Of a stretch of 64,000 nucleotides of DNA, positions 1 through 9,649 are shown one piece after another. The notes beneath the pieces were generated by a model. It did no database searches. It was not told the origin of the DNA and saw only the letters and a list, made by a program, of their open reading frames with translations. A program made the translations under genes and the position numbers. This DNA is from Gemmatimonadota bacterium (lineage in GTDB: Bacteria > Gemmatimonadota > Gemmatimonadetes > Gemmatimonadales > GWC2-71-9): NCBI GenBank assembly GCA_039588295.1, contig JBDHAB010000021.1, positions 9,112 through 73,111 of the forward strand, read 5' to 3'. Position 1 is the stretch's first letter. The number at the start of each line of letters is the position of its first letter.

Positions 1-1
1 C

Positions 2-811
2 ATGGGTGGCGTCCGCTATCTGCCCAACCCCACCATGACGGCTGAGTCACCCGGCACCTATCTCAACATGGGCCTCACCGCCGAACGGCTCGCCGAGCGG
101 GATGACATCTCGCGCGAGGCGCAGGACGCCTTCGCGTTTCACAGTCACCGCAAGGCCCTCGCCGCCCAGCAAGACGGAACGTTCGACGCCGAACTCGTGC
201 CGGTGGCCACGTCGGTGAGCGAGCCGGGGCCGACCGGGAAGCCGGCGGTGCGCGAGGCGGTCCTCGATCGGGACGAGGGCCCGCGCGCCGACACAACCCT
301 CGAGGCGCTGGCGAAGCTCAAGCCCGCGTTCAAGGCGGGCGGTACGGTCACCGCGGGCAATTCGAGCCAGATGACCGACGGCGCCGCTGCCGCGCTCCTG
401 ACGACGCCGGAAATCGCCGCGGAGCTCGGGCTCGAGCCGTTGGCACGGTGGGTGGGTTACGCCGTGGCCGGCGTGCCGCCCGAGATCATGGGGATCGGAC
501 CGGTCGAAGCGGTCCCAAAAGCGCTAAAACGTTTGGGACTCACCCTCGAGGGGATTGACGTCATCGAGCTCAACGAGGCGTTCGCCGCACAGAGCTTGGC
601 AGTGCTCAAAGGGCTTGGTCTCGATGCCGAAGACGAACGCCTCAACCCCAACGGCGGCGCCATTGCGTTGGGTCATCCCCTGGGCTGCACGGGTGCCAAG
701 CTCACGGCCACGGCACTGCACGAACTGCGGCGTCGGAACGGACGCTACGCCATGGTCACCATGTGCATTGGCACCGGTATGGGTGCCGCCGGCATATTCG
801 AAGCCATGTAA
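2..811 (+). CDS. fadA: Acetyl-CoA C-acyltransferase (thiolase), 5'-truncated by the window edge
   Basis: Thiolase motifs [34 protein letters not shown] and C-terminal catalytic CIGTGMG. Confidence 0.93.
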   Translation: MGGVRYLPNPTMTAESPGTYLNMGLTAERLAERDDISREAQDAFAFHSHRKALAAQQDGTFDAELVPVATSVSEPGPTGKPAVREAVLDRDEGPRADTTLEALAKLKPAFKAGGTVTAGNSSQMTDGAAAALLTTPEIAAELGLEPLARWVGYAVAGVPPEIMGIGPVEAVPKALKRLGLTLEGIDVIELNEAFAAQSLAVLKGLGLDAEDERLNPNGGAIALGHPLGCTGAKLTATALHELRRRNGRYAMVTMCIGTGMGAAGIFEAM

Positions 812-840
812 TTGCGCGCGCATTGCGCGGAGGAGTCACC

Positions 841-2631
841 ATGGTCACCGAGACAGCCTCTCTGACGGGCGGCCAGTTTCTGTTGGACGACACCGCGCCG
901 GCTGACGTCTTCACCCCCGAAGACTTCGACGAGACGCAGCGGATGATCGCCGACACCGTCCACGAGTTCGTCGAGCGGAACGTCATGCCGCACCGTGAGG
1001 AGCTGGAGTTCCACAAGAAGGTGGAGCTCGGGAAGACGCTCCTGCGCGAGGCCGGAGAGGCGGGCCTGTTGTCTGTGGACGTGCCGGAGGCCTACGGGGG
1101 AATGGGCTCGACGAAGGCCACGACGATGCTCGTCACCGAGCATATCGCCCGGTCCGGGAGCTTCGCGGTGACGCACGGCGGGCACACCGGAATCGGCACG
1201 CTCCCCATCGTCTACTTCGGCACAACGGAACAGAAGGCGAAGTACCTGCCGAAGCTGGCGACGGGGGAAATCGTCGGCTGCTATGCGCTCAGCGAGCCCG
1301 GTGCGGGGTCTGATGCGCTCTCGGCGCGCACCACCGCCGTCCTCTCGGACGACAACACGCACTACGTGCTCAACGGCACGAAACAGTACATCACCAACGC
1401 CGGCTACGCCGACATCCTCATCGTGTTTGCCAAGGTGGACGGCGAGAAGTTCACCGCGTTCATCGTGGACCGGGACTCCCCTGGGCTCAGCATCGGCCCT
1501 GAGGAGAAGAAGATGGGGATCCACGGGTCGTCCACCTGTGCCGTGATCCTCGAAGACGCCAAGGTTCCTGCGGAGAACGTGTTGGGCGAGATCGGCCGGG
1601 GACACGTCGTCGCCTTCAACATTCTGAACGTCGGCCGGTTCAAGTTGGGCGCGGCCACGGTGGGCGGCTGCAAGCTCGCGCTCGAGCACGCAGTCCCCTA
1701 CGTGAAGCAGCGGCAGCAGTTCGGGCATCCCCTGAGTGACTTCGGACTGATCCGCGCCAAGATCGCCGACATCGCGGCCCGCACGTACGTGTCGGAGTCG
1801 ATGGTGTACCGCACCGCCGGTCTGATGGACGGTGCGATCCACAGCCTGGACCCGGCCGCTGAGGATTTCGATCGGAAGACCATTGAGAAGGTTGAGGAGT
1901 ACACGATCGAGTGTTCCATGATCAAGGTCTTCGCCAGCGAGTCGTTGGCGCTCGCCGCCGAGGAAGGGCTCCAGATGCTGGGTGGATACGGCTTCTGCGA
2001 GGACTACCCGCTCGAGCAGATCTACCGCGACGAACGGATCAATCGGATCTTCGAAGGCACCAACGAGATCAACCGGATGCTGATTCCCGGCATGATCCTG
2101 CGGAAGGCGCTCAAGAAGCAGCTTCCCTTCTTTGCCGCGGCCAAGCAGGTCGCCGAGGATCTTCTGGGCCCGCCGTCGTTCGAGGAGGCGGGCGAGCCGG
2201 GGTTCCTCGAGGAGGAGGCCAAGCTCGTCGCCGCCATGAAGAAGGCCTGTGTGGCCGCGTTGGGCTTCGCCGCGCAGAAACATGGCGAGAACATCAAGGA
2301 TCAGCAGGAGATCCTCTCGGACGCCGCAGACATGGTGATGGAGACCTACGCGTGTGAGAGCGGCCTGTTGCGGGCACTCAAGACCGCCGCCAGGGATGGC
2401 GAGGACAGGGCCCAGACCATGGCGGACATGGTATCGCTCTACGTCCACGACGCGATGGACCGCGTGGCGGTTTGGGGCCGGAACGTCCTGGCGCAGAGTG
2501 CCGAAGGCGACGAGTTGCGGACCATGATGGCCGGGCTGCGTCGGCTTTCCAAACACGTCCCGGTCAACCGAGCGAAGCTGCACGACGCCATAGCCGCACG
2601 CATCATCGACGTGGGGCACTATACCGTTTGA
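841..2631 (+). CDS. Long (FadE/VLCAD-type) acyl-CoA dehydrogenase
   Basis: Motifs YALSEPGAGSD, LNGTKQYITN, KQRQQFG, GGYGF and RIFEGTNEINR. ATG at 841 follows a GAGGAG RBS. Confidence 0.93.
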   Translation: MVTETASLTGGQFLLDDTAPADVFTPEDFDETQRMIADTVHEFVERNVMPHREELEFHKKVELGKTLLREAGEAGLLSVDVPEAYGGMGSTKATTMLVTEHIARSGSFAVTHGGHTGIGTLPIVYFGTTEQKAKYLPKLATGEIVGCYALSEPGAGSDALSARTTAVLSDDNTHYVLNGTKQYITNAGYADILIVFAKVDGEKFTAFIVDRDSPGLSIGPEEKKMGIHGSSTCAVILEDAKVPAENVLGEIGRGHVVAFNILNVGRFKLGAATVGGCKLALEHAVPYVKQRQQFGHPLSDFGLIRAKIADIAARTYVSESMVYRTAGLMDGAIHSLDPAAEDFDRKTIEKVEEYTIECSMIKVFASESLALAAEEGLQMLGGYGFCEDYPLEQIYRDERINRIFEGTNEINRMLIPGMILRKALKKQLPFFAAAKQVAEDLLGPPSFEEAGEPGFLEEEAKLVAAMKKACVAALGFAAQKHGENIKDQQEILSDAADMVMETYACESGLLRALKTAARDGEDRAQTMADMVSLYVHDAMDRVAVWGRNVLAQSAEGDELRTMMAGLRRLSKHVPVNRAKLHDAIAARIIDVGHYTV

Positions 2632-2779
2632 GGCGTCGAGCGTTGCGACCGACGGCGGCGCGCCGAACGCGACGCACTGTGCCAGGCCGCAGTTCGCGCT
2701 CCGACCCTTGTCAGCCCTTGCGCGACCAAGCAGAATGAGCAACTTGCCGAGAACCCCAACCAGCCACGCCGGAGCAGCC

Positions 2780-3475
2780 ATGAAGCGCGTTCTCTCAATT
2801 CTCGGGGTGCTCGCGGTCCTCGCGCCCCCTCTCCATGCCCAGGAGGCGGCCGAGGATACGGTCTACGAGCGCAACAGCGCCGTCGCGTTTCCTGTGCACC
2901 TGACCGTGCCGGGCCACATGGAGCAACATCTACTCACCGGCACCGGGATCCGCACCAAGACGTTCCTCAAGGTGAAAGTGTATGCGTTCGGACTGTACGT
3001 CGATGCGGACGCCGCACGGGCCGCCTTGAGTGGGTTCGCGGGCCGAACGTCCAAAGAACTCGAGAAGGACCAGGAGTTTTACGGACAACTCCTCGAGATG
3101 GGCTTTCCCATGACGCTTCGTCTTGTCATGACCCGTGGGGTGGGCGGCGATGACATGGCTGACGCGTTCGACGGCGCGCTGCGGCCACGGGTGCAGCGGG
3201 CCGCCACCGAGATGAACATGCCCGGTGGGGAAGATGCCCTGGGTGAGTTCCGCGCGTACTTCAACGTGGACGAGCTCACGAAGTTCTCCGAACTCGTGTT
3301 CACCTGCGCCGACGGCACGCTCATGTCTTCGGTGCGCGGCGAGGTGAAAGCGGAAATCGACTCCCCTGCCCTTTGCTGGGCCTTGTTCGACGTCTATATC
3401 GGCAGAAAACCCATCTCGGGCGGCGCGAAGAAGAGCGTCATCAAGCGGTTCCCGGAGCTGCTCGCAGGCACGTAG
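2780..3475 (+). CDS. Secreted chalcone-isomerase-like (CHI-fold) protein
   Basis: Signal peptide MKRVLSILGVLAVLAPPLHA-Q, plus GTGIRTKTFLKVKVYAFGLY and LCWALFDVYIG motifs typical of Chalcone_3-type proteins. GGAG RBS. Confidence 0.75.
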   Translation: MKRVLSILGVLAVLAPPLHAQEAAEDTVYERNSAVAFPVHLTVPGHMEQHLLTGTGIRTKTFLKVKVYAFGLYVDADAARAALSGFAGRTSKELEKDQEFYGQLLEMGFPMTLRLVMTRGVGGDDMADAFDGALRPRVQRAATEMNMPGGEDALGEFRAYFNVDELTKFSELVFTCADGTLMSSVRGEVKAEIDSPALCWALFDVYIGRKPISGGAKKSVIKRFPELLAGT

Positions 3476-3578
3476 CCGCAGGGTTGTGTTCCTCCGCGGG
3501 TCCCGTGACATTTCCGGCGGTCGCGCGGTAGGGCCACACGCGGTGTCCGACGTACGGCCCTGCTGCCCTCGCTTCCCT

Positions 3579-3668
3579 GGAGAGGTGGCCGAGAGGCTGA
3601 AGGCGGCGGTTTGCTAAACCGTTATAGGGTTAAAAGCCCTATCGGGGGTTCGAATCCCCCCCTCTCCG
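3579..3668 (+). tRNA. tRNA-Ser(GCT), CCA not encoded
   Basis: Acceptor GGAGAGG/CCTCTCC+G, anticodon loop TT-GCT-AA, long variable arm (ATAGGG..CCCTAT) and T-loop GGTTCGAATCC. Confidence 0.96.
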
Positions 3669-3726
3669 TGACTCCTCCCTCCCCCTTGCCACCCGGGCAT
3701 GTGGGAGGGAGCTTGCGTTCGAGACA

Positions 3727-5058
3727 ATGAGCAACTCCCAAACCCGTGTTCGCTTCGCCCCGTCACCCACGGGGTACCTCCACGTGGGCGGCGCGCGGAC
3801 CGCGTTGTTCAACTGGCTGTTCGCGCGGAAGGCCGGCGGCACGTTCCTCCTCCGCATTGAGGATACCGATCGCGCACGCTCGTCCGACGAGCACGTGCAG
3901 GTCATTCTCGATGGTCTGCACTGGCTGGGACTCGATGTCGACGAGGAAATCGTGTTCCAAGGCGCCGGAATCACGCGCCACCAGGCGCTCGCCGACCGCC
4001 TGCTCAGCGAGGACAAGGCGTATGAGGAGGAAGGCGCCATCCGGTTTCGCATGCCGGATGCGGAGATCGCCTGGCACGACCTCATCAATGGACCCGTCAG
4101 CTTCCAGGGGTCCGACATCAAAGACTGGGTGATTCTCCGGTCCGACCGGACGCCAACGTACAACTTCACTGTGGTCGCCGACGACCTCGACATGCGGATC
4201 ACGCATGTGATGCGTGGCGACGACCACATCTCGAACACGCCGAAGCAGATCGCCGCGTATCAGGCGCTGGGCCACGAGCCCCCCGTGTTTGCCCACCTGC
4301 CGATGATTCATGGCCCCGACGGACGGAAGTTGTCGAAGCGCCACGGAGCGATGGCTGTGGGAGAGTACCGCCAGTTGGGAATCCTGCCGGACGCGATGCG
4401 CAACTTCCTCGCGCTCCTCGGGTGGAATCCCGGTGACGAACGCGAGCTCTTCGTCACGCCCGACGAACTGATCGCCGCGTTCTCCATCGAAAAGATCCAG
4501 AAGAAGAGCGCCATCTTCGACGTCACCAAGCTCGAGTGGATGAACGGGCAGTATATCAGCCGAACGGATCCCGCCGTGTTGTGGCCGCTGGTGGAGGAAG
4601 AGATCGCTCGGAAAGGTGTCGAGCCCGATGCCGTCGGCCGCGAGCACCTCCTGCACGCCATCCAGGTGCAGAGCGAACGCGCGCGCACGACACTCGAGCT
4701 GGCGCACCGGGCGGCCGTACGCTTCAATCGCACGCTGATCGAGCGCGATGCCAAGGCGGACAAGTTGATCGCGAAGGACCCCGACGGGTTTCGGGCCGCG
4801 CTGGCCGCCGCGCGGGAGTGTCTTGCGTCCACCGCGGAATCCGATTGGACGCGGGAGCAACTCGAGACCGAGCTCCGCGCGCTCGCCGACGCGGGGGGCC
4901 TCGCCGCCGGCGCCGTGTTTCAACCGATCCGGGTAGCACTCACCGGGCAGACGGTGTCGGAGCCCGTCAACGTGCTGCTGGAGATCGTGGGAAAGCAGGA
5001 GAGCCTCCACCGCATGAGAGCGGCGGAGGCCTGGGTCCCCGCAGAGGAAGGCTCGTAA
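3727..5058 (+). CDS. gltX: Glutamate--tRNA ligase
   Basis: RFAPSPTGYLHVGG (HIGH), LRIEDTD, RGDDHISNT and KLSKR (KMSKS). Confidence 0.96.
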   Translation: MSNSQTRVRFAPSPTGYLHVGGARTALFNWLFARKAGGTFLLRIEDTDRARSSDEHVQVILDGLHWLGLDVDEEIVFQGAGITRHQALADRLLSEDKAYEEEGAIRFRMPDAEIAWHDLINGPVSFQGSDIKDWVILRSDRTPTYNFTVVADDLDMRITHVMRGDDHISNTPKQIAAYQALGHEPPVFAHLPMIHGPDGRKLSKRHGAMAVGEYRQLGILPDAMRNFLALLGWNPGDERELFVTPDELIAAFSIEKIQKKSAIFDVTKLEWMNGQYISRTDPAVLWPLVEEEIARKGVEPDAVGREHLLHAIQVQSERARTTLELAHRAAVRFNRTLIERDAKADKLIAKDPDGFRAALAAARECLASTAESDWTREQLETELRALADAGGLAAGAVFQPIRVALTGQTVSEPVNVLLEIVGKQESLHRMRAAEAWVPAEEGS

Positions 5059-5106
5059 CCGCCGTCAGCGATGCAGTGCCAGGGCGGCGGGATAGACCCC
5101 ACCCTA

Positions 5107-5961
5107 CTACGGGACGATCGTATCCCGTCTCGCTTTCAGCCGCTCGCGTTCCTCGTCTCGCCGCCGGCGCAGCTCGTTCACGTAGCTGCGGAATTCCTTG
5201 GCGGTCTCGGCGCGCCGCGCGGCCTGGATGATGTCCTCACGCATACCTTGAAGTTGGGCAGCCGCCTGCGCCTGCTCGTAATTCCCCTGCGGAAACGGCA
5301 ACAACGCCAGTAGTGCCGTCGGGATCTTGATGTCCCCGAGGTAGATCCATGTGCCGTCGATACCCCAGGTATTGCCGGCGATCTCCGTCGTCCACCGAGT
5401 CGGTGGCGGGAGGGCGAAGCTGTCGCGTGGCATGGTGTCGATGAACGCCTGGATGCGTGCGCGCACGGCGCTGTCAACCCGAGCGGCGTGCGTCGCCACG
5501 TCTCCCGAGGGACCGACGACTCCGAGCTCGGCCTCGGGGGCGCGGACCCAGACTCGCCCGTCCCCGTACGCCGGACCGATGAGACGACGCGGACCCGGCG
5601 GAATCGGCGGCCCGACGGTATCTCCCATGAGCCCGGCGACGTCGCTGATCACATAGCGAAGCGCAGGAGGAGGCAGCGCTGAATCGATCCGCGCACTCGG
5701 CACGACGCCCACGATTCCGCCCGCCCCCGCCCCGGGGATCCCGCTCGGTATCCCCCGATACGTCGGCATCGTGGTCTGGCGCACGCCCGGAACATCCAGC
5801 GGGAGGAGCGTGATGCGAGTAATCCGTTCCTCCTGGAGGAACGTCGGCCCCGCCACGCTCACCGCGACTGCCACGATGATCACGTGAACGACCAGACTGA
5901 CGACGTTCCAGAGAGGATTGTCTCGCTCGGGCGGCGGCAGGTAGAACCGGGGGCTGCTCAC
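5107..5961 (-). CDS. Hypothetical single-pass membrane protein with a Pro/Gly-rich linker
   Basis: N-terminal TM helix containing S-x3-H (VSLVVHVIIV). 4-nt overlap with the upstream gene. Confidence 0.7.
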   Translation of the reverse strand: MSSPRFYLPPPERDNPLWNVVSLVVHVIIVAVAVSVAGPTFLQEERITRITLLPLDVPGVRQTTMPTYRGIPSGIPGAGAGGIVGVVPSARIDSALPPPALRYVISDVAGLMGDTVGPPIPPGPRRLIGPAYGDGRVWVRAPEAELGVVGPSGDVATHAARVDSAVRARIQAFIDTMPRDSFALPPPTRWTTEIAGNTWGIDGTWIYLGDIKIPTALLALLPFPQGNYEQAQAAAQLQGMREDIIQAARRAETAKEFRSYVNELRRRRDEERERLKARRDTIVP

Positions 5962-7139
5962 GCGCCCGCCCCCAGTCGATCGAGTGCGCGCGCCAGCCGG
6001 TTCACACCCTCAAGCAGCCGATCGGTGCCAACGGTCAACGCGATGCGGAAGTAGCCCTCTCCACCCCGGCCAAAGGCCGTGCCTGGAAGGAGCAGCACGG
6101 CGTCGCGCTCCAAGACCTCCCGCGTGAACGCCTCCGACCGGAGACCATCCGGAAGGCGGACCCAGAGATACATCGTCGCCTGGGGCTTCGAGGTTGGCAG
6201 CCCGACGGCCGCGAGCGCGTCGACCGTCGCGTCACGCCGCGCGGCCAGGTGGGTCACGAAGGGAGCCACGAGCGACTCCGCAATGGGCAGCACGGCGGCG
6301 CCTGCTCGCTGCACGGCGAGAAACACCCCCGTATCGACCCATGTCTTCAGTTTGCGAAGCGTCGCAATCAACTCCTGGCGACCGGCGGCCCATGCGAGTC
6401 TCCAGCCCGTCATGCAGAAGCTCTTCGAGACGGTGTGAAACTCGATGGCGACATCCCGGGCGCCGTCGATCTCAAAGATGCTGGGGGCTCGATACCCGTC
6501 GAACGTGATCTCGCAGTAGGGATTGTCGTACGCGAGGACGATGCCATGTTCGCGGCACAGCTCAACGGTGCGCTCGAGGTATTCGCGTGGCGCGACGGCT
6601 GCTGTCGGGTTGTTGGGGTAGTTGAGATAGACCAGCCGAGTGGCGGCGAGCCGGTCAGACGACAGCTCCCCGAGCTCGACGAGGAATCCGTTCTCCGCCG
6701 TGAGCGGCATCAACTCGACATCCGCACCGGCGAGCACGGCACCACCCAGATAGGCGGGATACCCGGGGTCGGGGAGCGCGCATACGTCGCCCGGATTGAC
6801 GAAGGCCAGCGCGAGGTGGGCCAGCCCGTCTTTCGACCCGAGGAGCGGCAGGAGCTCGTCCATGGGATCGAAGTCAGCCGCGAACCGGCGCTGCATGTAC
6901 TGGGCGGCCGCCTCACGGAACTCACGCAGTCCGACCTGAAAGGCATAACGGCTCATCGCCGGATCCCGCACCGCCTCCGACAAGGCGGCGACGGCCGGGT
7001 CGGGCGGCGGGAAGTCGGCGTCCCCTGCGCTCAAGTCAATGACGTCGACACCGTCATGCAAGAGCCGCCGTTTGATGGCGGCCAGCTCCGCGACCGTGTA
7101 GGCGGGCAGACTCGCCAGCCGATCGGCAGGTCGGATCAC
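5958..7139 (-). CDS. PLP-dependent class I/II aminotransferase (LL-diaminopimelate aminotransferase-like)
   Basis: LLGSKDG, PDPGYPAY, LNYPNNPT and the PLP lysine motif SKSFCMTGWR. Confidence 0.88.
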   Translation of the reverse strand: MIRPADRLASLPAYTVAELAAIKRRLLHDGVDVIDLSAGDADFPPPDPAVAALSEAVRDPAMSRYAFQVGLREFREAAAQYMQRRFAADFDPMDELLPLLGSKDGLAHLALAFVNPGDVCALPDPGYPAYLGGAVLAGADVELMPLTAENGFLVELGELSSDRLAATRLVYLNYPNNPTAAVAPREYLERTVELCREHGIVLAYDNPYCEITFDGYRAPSIFEIDGARDVAIEFHTVSKSFCMTGWRLAWAAGRQELIATLRKLKTWVDTGVFLAVQRAGAAVLPIAESLVAPFVTHLAARRDATVDALAAVGLPTSKPQATMYLWVRLPDGLRSEAFTREVLERDAVLLLPGTAFGRGGEGYFRIALTVGTDRLLEGVNRLARALDRLGAGA

Positions 7140-9649
7140 GCGGGCGCTCCGATCCCGTGGTGCGCAAAGAACTCCTCCGCGGCTCCGTGCACCGCCGCCC
7201 AGTCACCGATCACACGTTGGGCGGGTGGCAGGGAATTGAGCAGTACGTCACCGTAGTTGCGCTTCACGATCCGCTGATCCAACAACAGGACGACCCCGAC
7301 ATCGCTCTTCGTGCGGACGAGGCGTCCAAACCCCTGTTTCAGCTTGAGTGCCGCAAGTGGGAGGAGGTAGTTGCGGAACCCATCGACCCCTTTGGCCTCG
7401 AGCACTTCCAAGCGCGCCTGCGTGAGCGGCTCGCTTGGCACCTTGAACGGTAGTTTCGCCAACACCAACGCGCGCAGCGACCGGCCCGGAACATCCACCC
7501 CCTCCCAGAAGCTGTCGGTTCCCAGCAGCACCGCCGATCCGAGGTCGCGAAACCGCCGGAGTAGGTAGTCACGAGGCGCCTCGCCTTGCACCAACAGCGG
7601 CCACCTGCTCCCGATCGTTTCCCGGATCATCCCTGCGACTCGACGCAGCGCCGCGTGGCTGGTGAACAGGACGAACATGCCCCCGTCAGAGGCGTGCGCC
7701 AGTGACACGATCGCGCGCGCCACCGCGCGGTCGTGCTCCGGCTCGTTGGCACGAGGATCGGCGATATCGATCGGAACGCCGAACAGACACTGGCTGGCAA
7801 AATCGAACGGAGAGGGCAGGATCTCCGCGAACGTGACGGGATCCGGAGGGATCGCGAGCCCGACGCGATCCTTGAGGAACTCAAACGACCCTCCGGCAGC
7901 CAACGTCGCGCTCGTCACCACCACCGTCTCGACTCGATCGAACACAGACTCACGCAGCAGCGTCGCGAGATCCAGCGGAACGGCGGTCAGGGCGACGGGA
8001 AACGGCAACCCGCCACTCGGTCGCTCACCACGTCGCTCGATCCAGCGAACCAGATTCAGATCGGGCGGCGGCCGCAGCGTCAGCGAGAATCCGTCCAAAG
8101 CTGCCTCGAGGCGCCGCACCACCCCGCGCAGCTCCTGTACGATCTGCGAGCGGCGATCGGGCTCTTCCGTGAGCTCCAGGCGGTCCGCTACGAGTTCGAC
8201 GCCGTCGCGCAGGCTTCGCAACGTCCCCACGAGCTGGTCGAGGTCTTCACCGAGTCCAGCTTCCCAGACACCGTCAGACCCGAATTCGTCATCGAGCCGC
8301 AGCACCCCGCCTCTGCTTTCCAGCACTCGATCCGCGAGCAGTTTGAAGACGCGTTCCACATGACGGCGTGCATCGTTGACGGACGGCAACACGCCGGTGC
8401 GGAGAAGATCCGCCGACGCGCCGCTCAGGAGATCGTCGCGTTTCGCCAGCTCCGTCAGCAACGTCGGGATGAGTCCCCTTCCATTCCGCTCCATTCGACC
8501 AAGAAGCCTGAGCATGCCGCGGGACGTCACCTGCGTGCCAAGGTGCTGCGCCGCCACGTCCTCGAGGTGGTGGCCTTCATCGAGCACCAAGCGACGATAG
8601 GGTGGGAGTACCGCGGCTTCCTGCCAGTTGTCCTGTGCGCGCCGCACCGCCAGGTCGGCTGCGAGCAAGTGGTGGTTGACCACGACGATGTCGGCCTCGG
8701 CGGCACGCCGGCGTGCTTCGAACAAGAAACACCGGTCGAAGTGCGGGCACTCCAGTCGTGTGCAGAGGTCGGCTTCGGCCCGTACCTCTTCCCACACCTC
8801 GTAGGACGGAGGGTCGACCAGATCGTTGAGCGTCCCGTCCGTAGTGTGCGCGGCCCACTCGATCAACGTCGCGAGTTCACCGTCTCGCTCCGGCTCCATG
8901 AGCGACCCCTGCCCGCCGCGAGCCAGCTCCAGCCGAGCGAGACAGACATAATTGTTCCAGCCCTTGAGCAGGGCGAACGTGGGCAAGCGCTCTCGGTCGG
9001 CAAACGCTCGCGCCAGCATCGGGAGGTCCTTGCCAACGAGCTGTTCCTGAAGGTTGATCGTGTTGGTCGACACGACGGTTCGCTCGCCGTTGCCCATGCT
9101 CCACTCGATCGCCGGAATCAAGTACGCGAACGACTTCCCGACCCCGGTTCCCGCCTCGAGCAACGCCACACCACCATCGTTGTACGTATCCGCGACGTAG
9201 GCCGTCATGTCGCGCTGGCTGGGTCGGTCCTCGAACTGACCGAGCACACGGGAGACCGTCCCACCTTCACCCAACGCCGCTGCCATCGCAACCGCATCGA
9301 GACGCACATACGGTCGCGCTTTAGGAACCTCGACCACCACATACAGCTCATCCGCCGAGTCATTGACGATCCCAAAGCCGATCCCACCGTCGTGCAAGCT
9401 CGCCGCGACGTGGAGATCGGCCGTCGACGGCTCGAGGGACCCGCTGGGGTGATTGTGGAGCACCATGTCGCCCCGCTCGGCGACGCCAGGCAGCGCGAGC
9501 ACGGAGTCGACGGTGCCGCGCGCCACGACCCGTGGGTCCACAATGGAGCCATCCGCGGCGACACGGGCGACGAATGAGACCTCGCGATGACCGGCTCGTG
9601 CAATCTCCGACGCGAGGAGCGCTCGGGCGGATGGCGAGAGGGCGCTCAC
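7136..9649 (-). CDS. DinG/YoaA-family SF2 helicase with an N-terminal RadC-like JAB domain
   Basis: JAB motif HNHPSG-x3-PS-x2-D. Walker A EAGTGVGKS, Fe-S-type Cys cluster, Walker B DEGH, FWEGVDVPG and QGFGRLVR. Confidence 0.9.
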   Translation of the reverse strand: MSALSPSARALLASEIARAGHREVSFVARVAADGSIVDPRVVARGTVDSVLALPGVAERGDMVLHNHPSGSLEPSTADLHVAASLHDGGIGFGIVNDSADELYVVVEVPKARPYVRLDAVAMAAALGEGGTVSRVLGQFEDRPSQRDMTAYVADTYNDGGVALLEAGTGVGKSFAYLIPAIEWSMGNGERTVVSTNTINLQEQLVGKDLPMLARAFADRERLPTFALLKGWNNYVCLARLELARGGQGSLMEPERDGELATLIEWAAHTTDGTLNDLVDPPSYEVWEEVRAEADLCTRLECPHFDRCFLFEARRRAAEADIVVVNHHLLAADLAVRRAQDNWQEAAVLPPYRRLVLDEGHHLEDVAAQHLGTQVTSRGMLRLLGRMERNGRGLIPTLLTELAKRDDLLSGASADLLRTGVLPSVNDARRHVERVFKLLADRVLESRGGVLRLDDEFGSDGVWEAGLGEDLDQLVGTLRSLRDGVELVADRLELTEEPDRRSQIVQELRGVVRRLEAALDGFSLTLRPPPDLNLVRWIERRGERPSGGLPFPVALTAVPLDLATLLRESVFDRVETVVVTSATLAAGGSFEFLKDRVGLAIPPDPVTFAEILPSPFDFASQCLFGVPIDIADPRANEPEHDRAVARAIVSLAHASDGGMFVLFTSHAALRRVAGMIRETIGSRWPLLVQGEAPRDYLLRRFRDLGSAVLLGTDSFWEGVDVPGRSLRALVLAKLPFKVPSEPLTQARLEVLEAKGVDGFRNYLLPLAALKLKQGFGRLVRTKSDVGVVLLLDQRIVKRNYGDVLLNSLPPAQRVIGDWAAVHGAAEEFFAHHGIGAPA

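Noticed and set aside
745..2781. Long antisense or alternative-frame ORFs (e.g. 745-2781, 7733-9577, 47726-49702, 52795-54579, 59710-62043)
   Set aside because: They shadow well-supported genes, have no recognisable motifs, and are expected in high-GC DNA where stop codons are scarce.
3476..3578. SRP RNA (ffs) next to tRNA-Ser
   Set aside because: The conserved CAGG...GGAA...AGCAG domain IV motif is not present.
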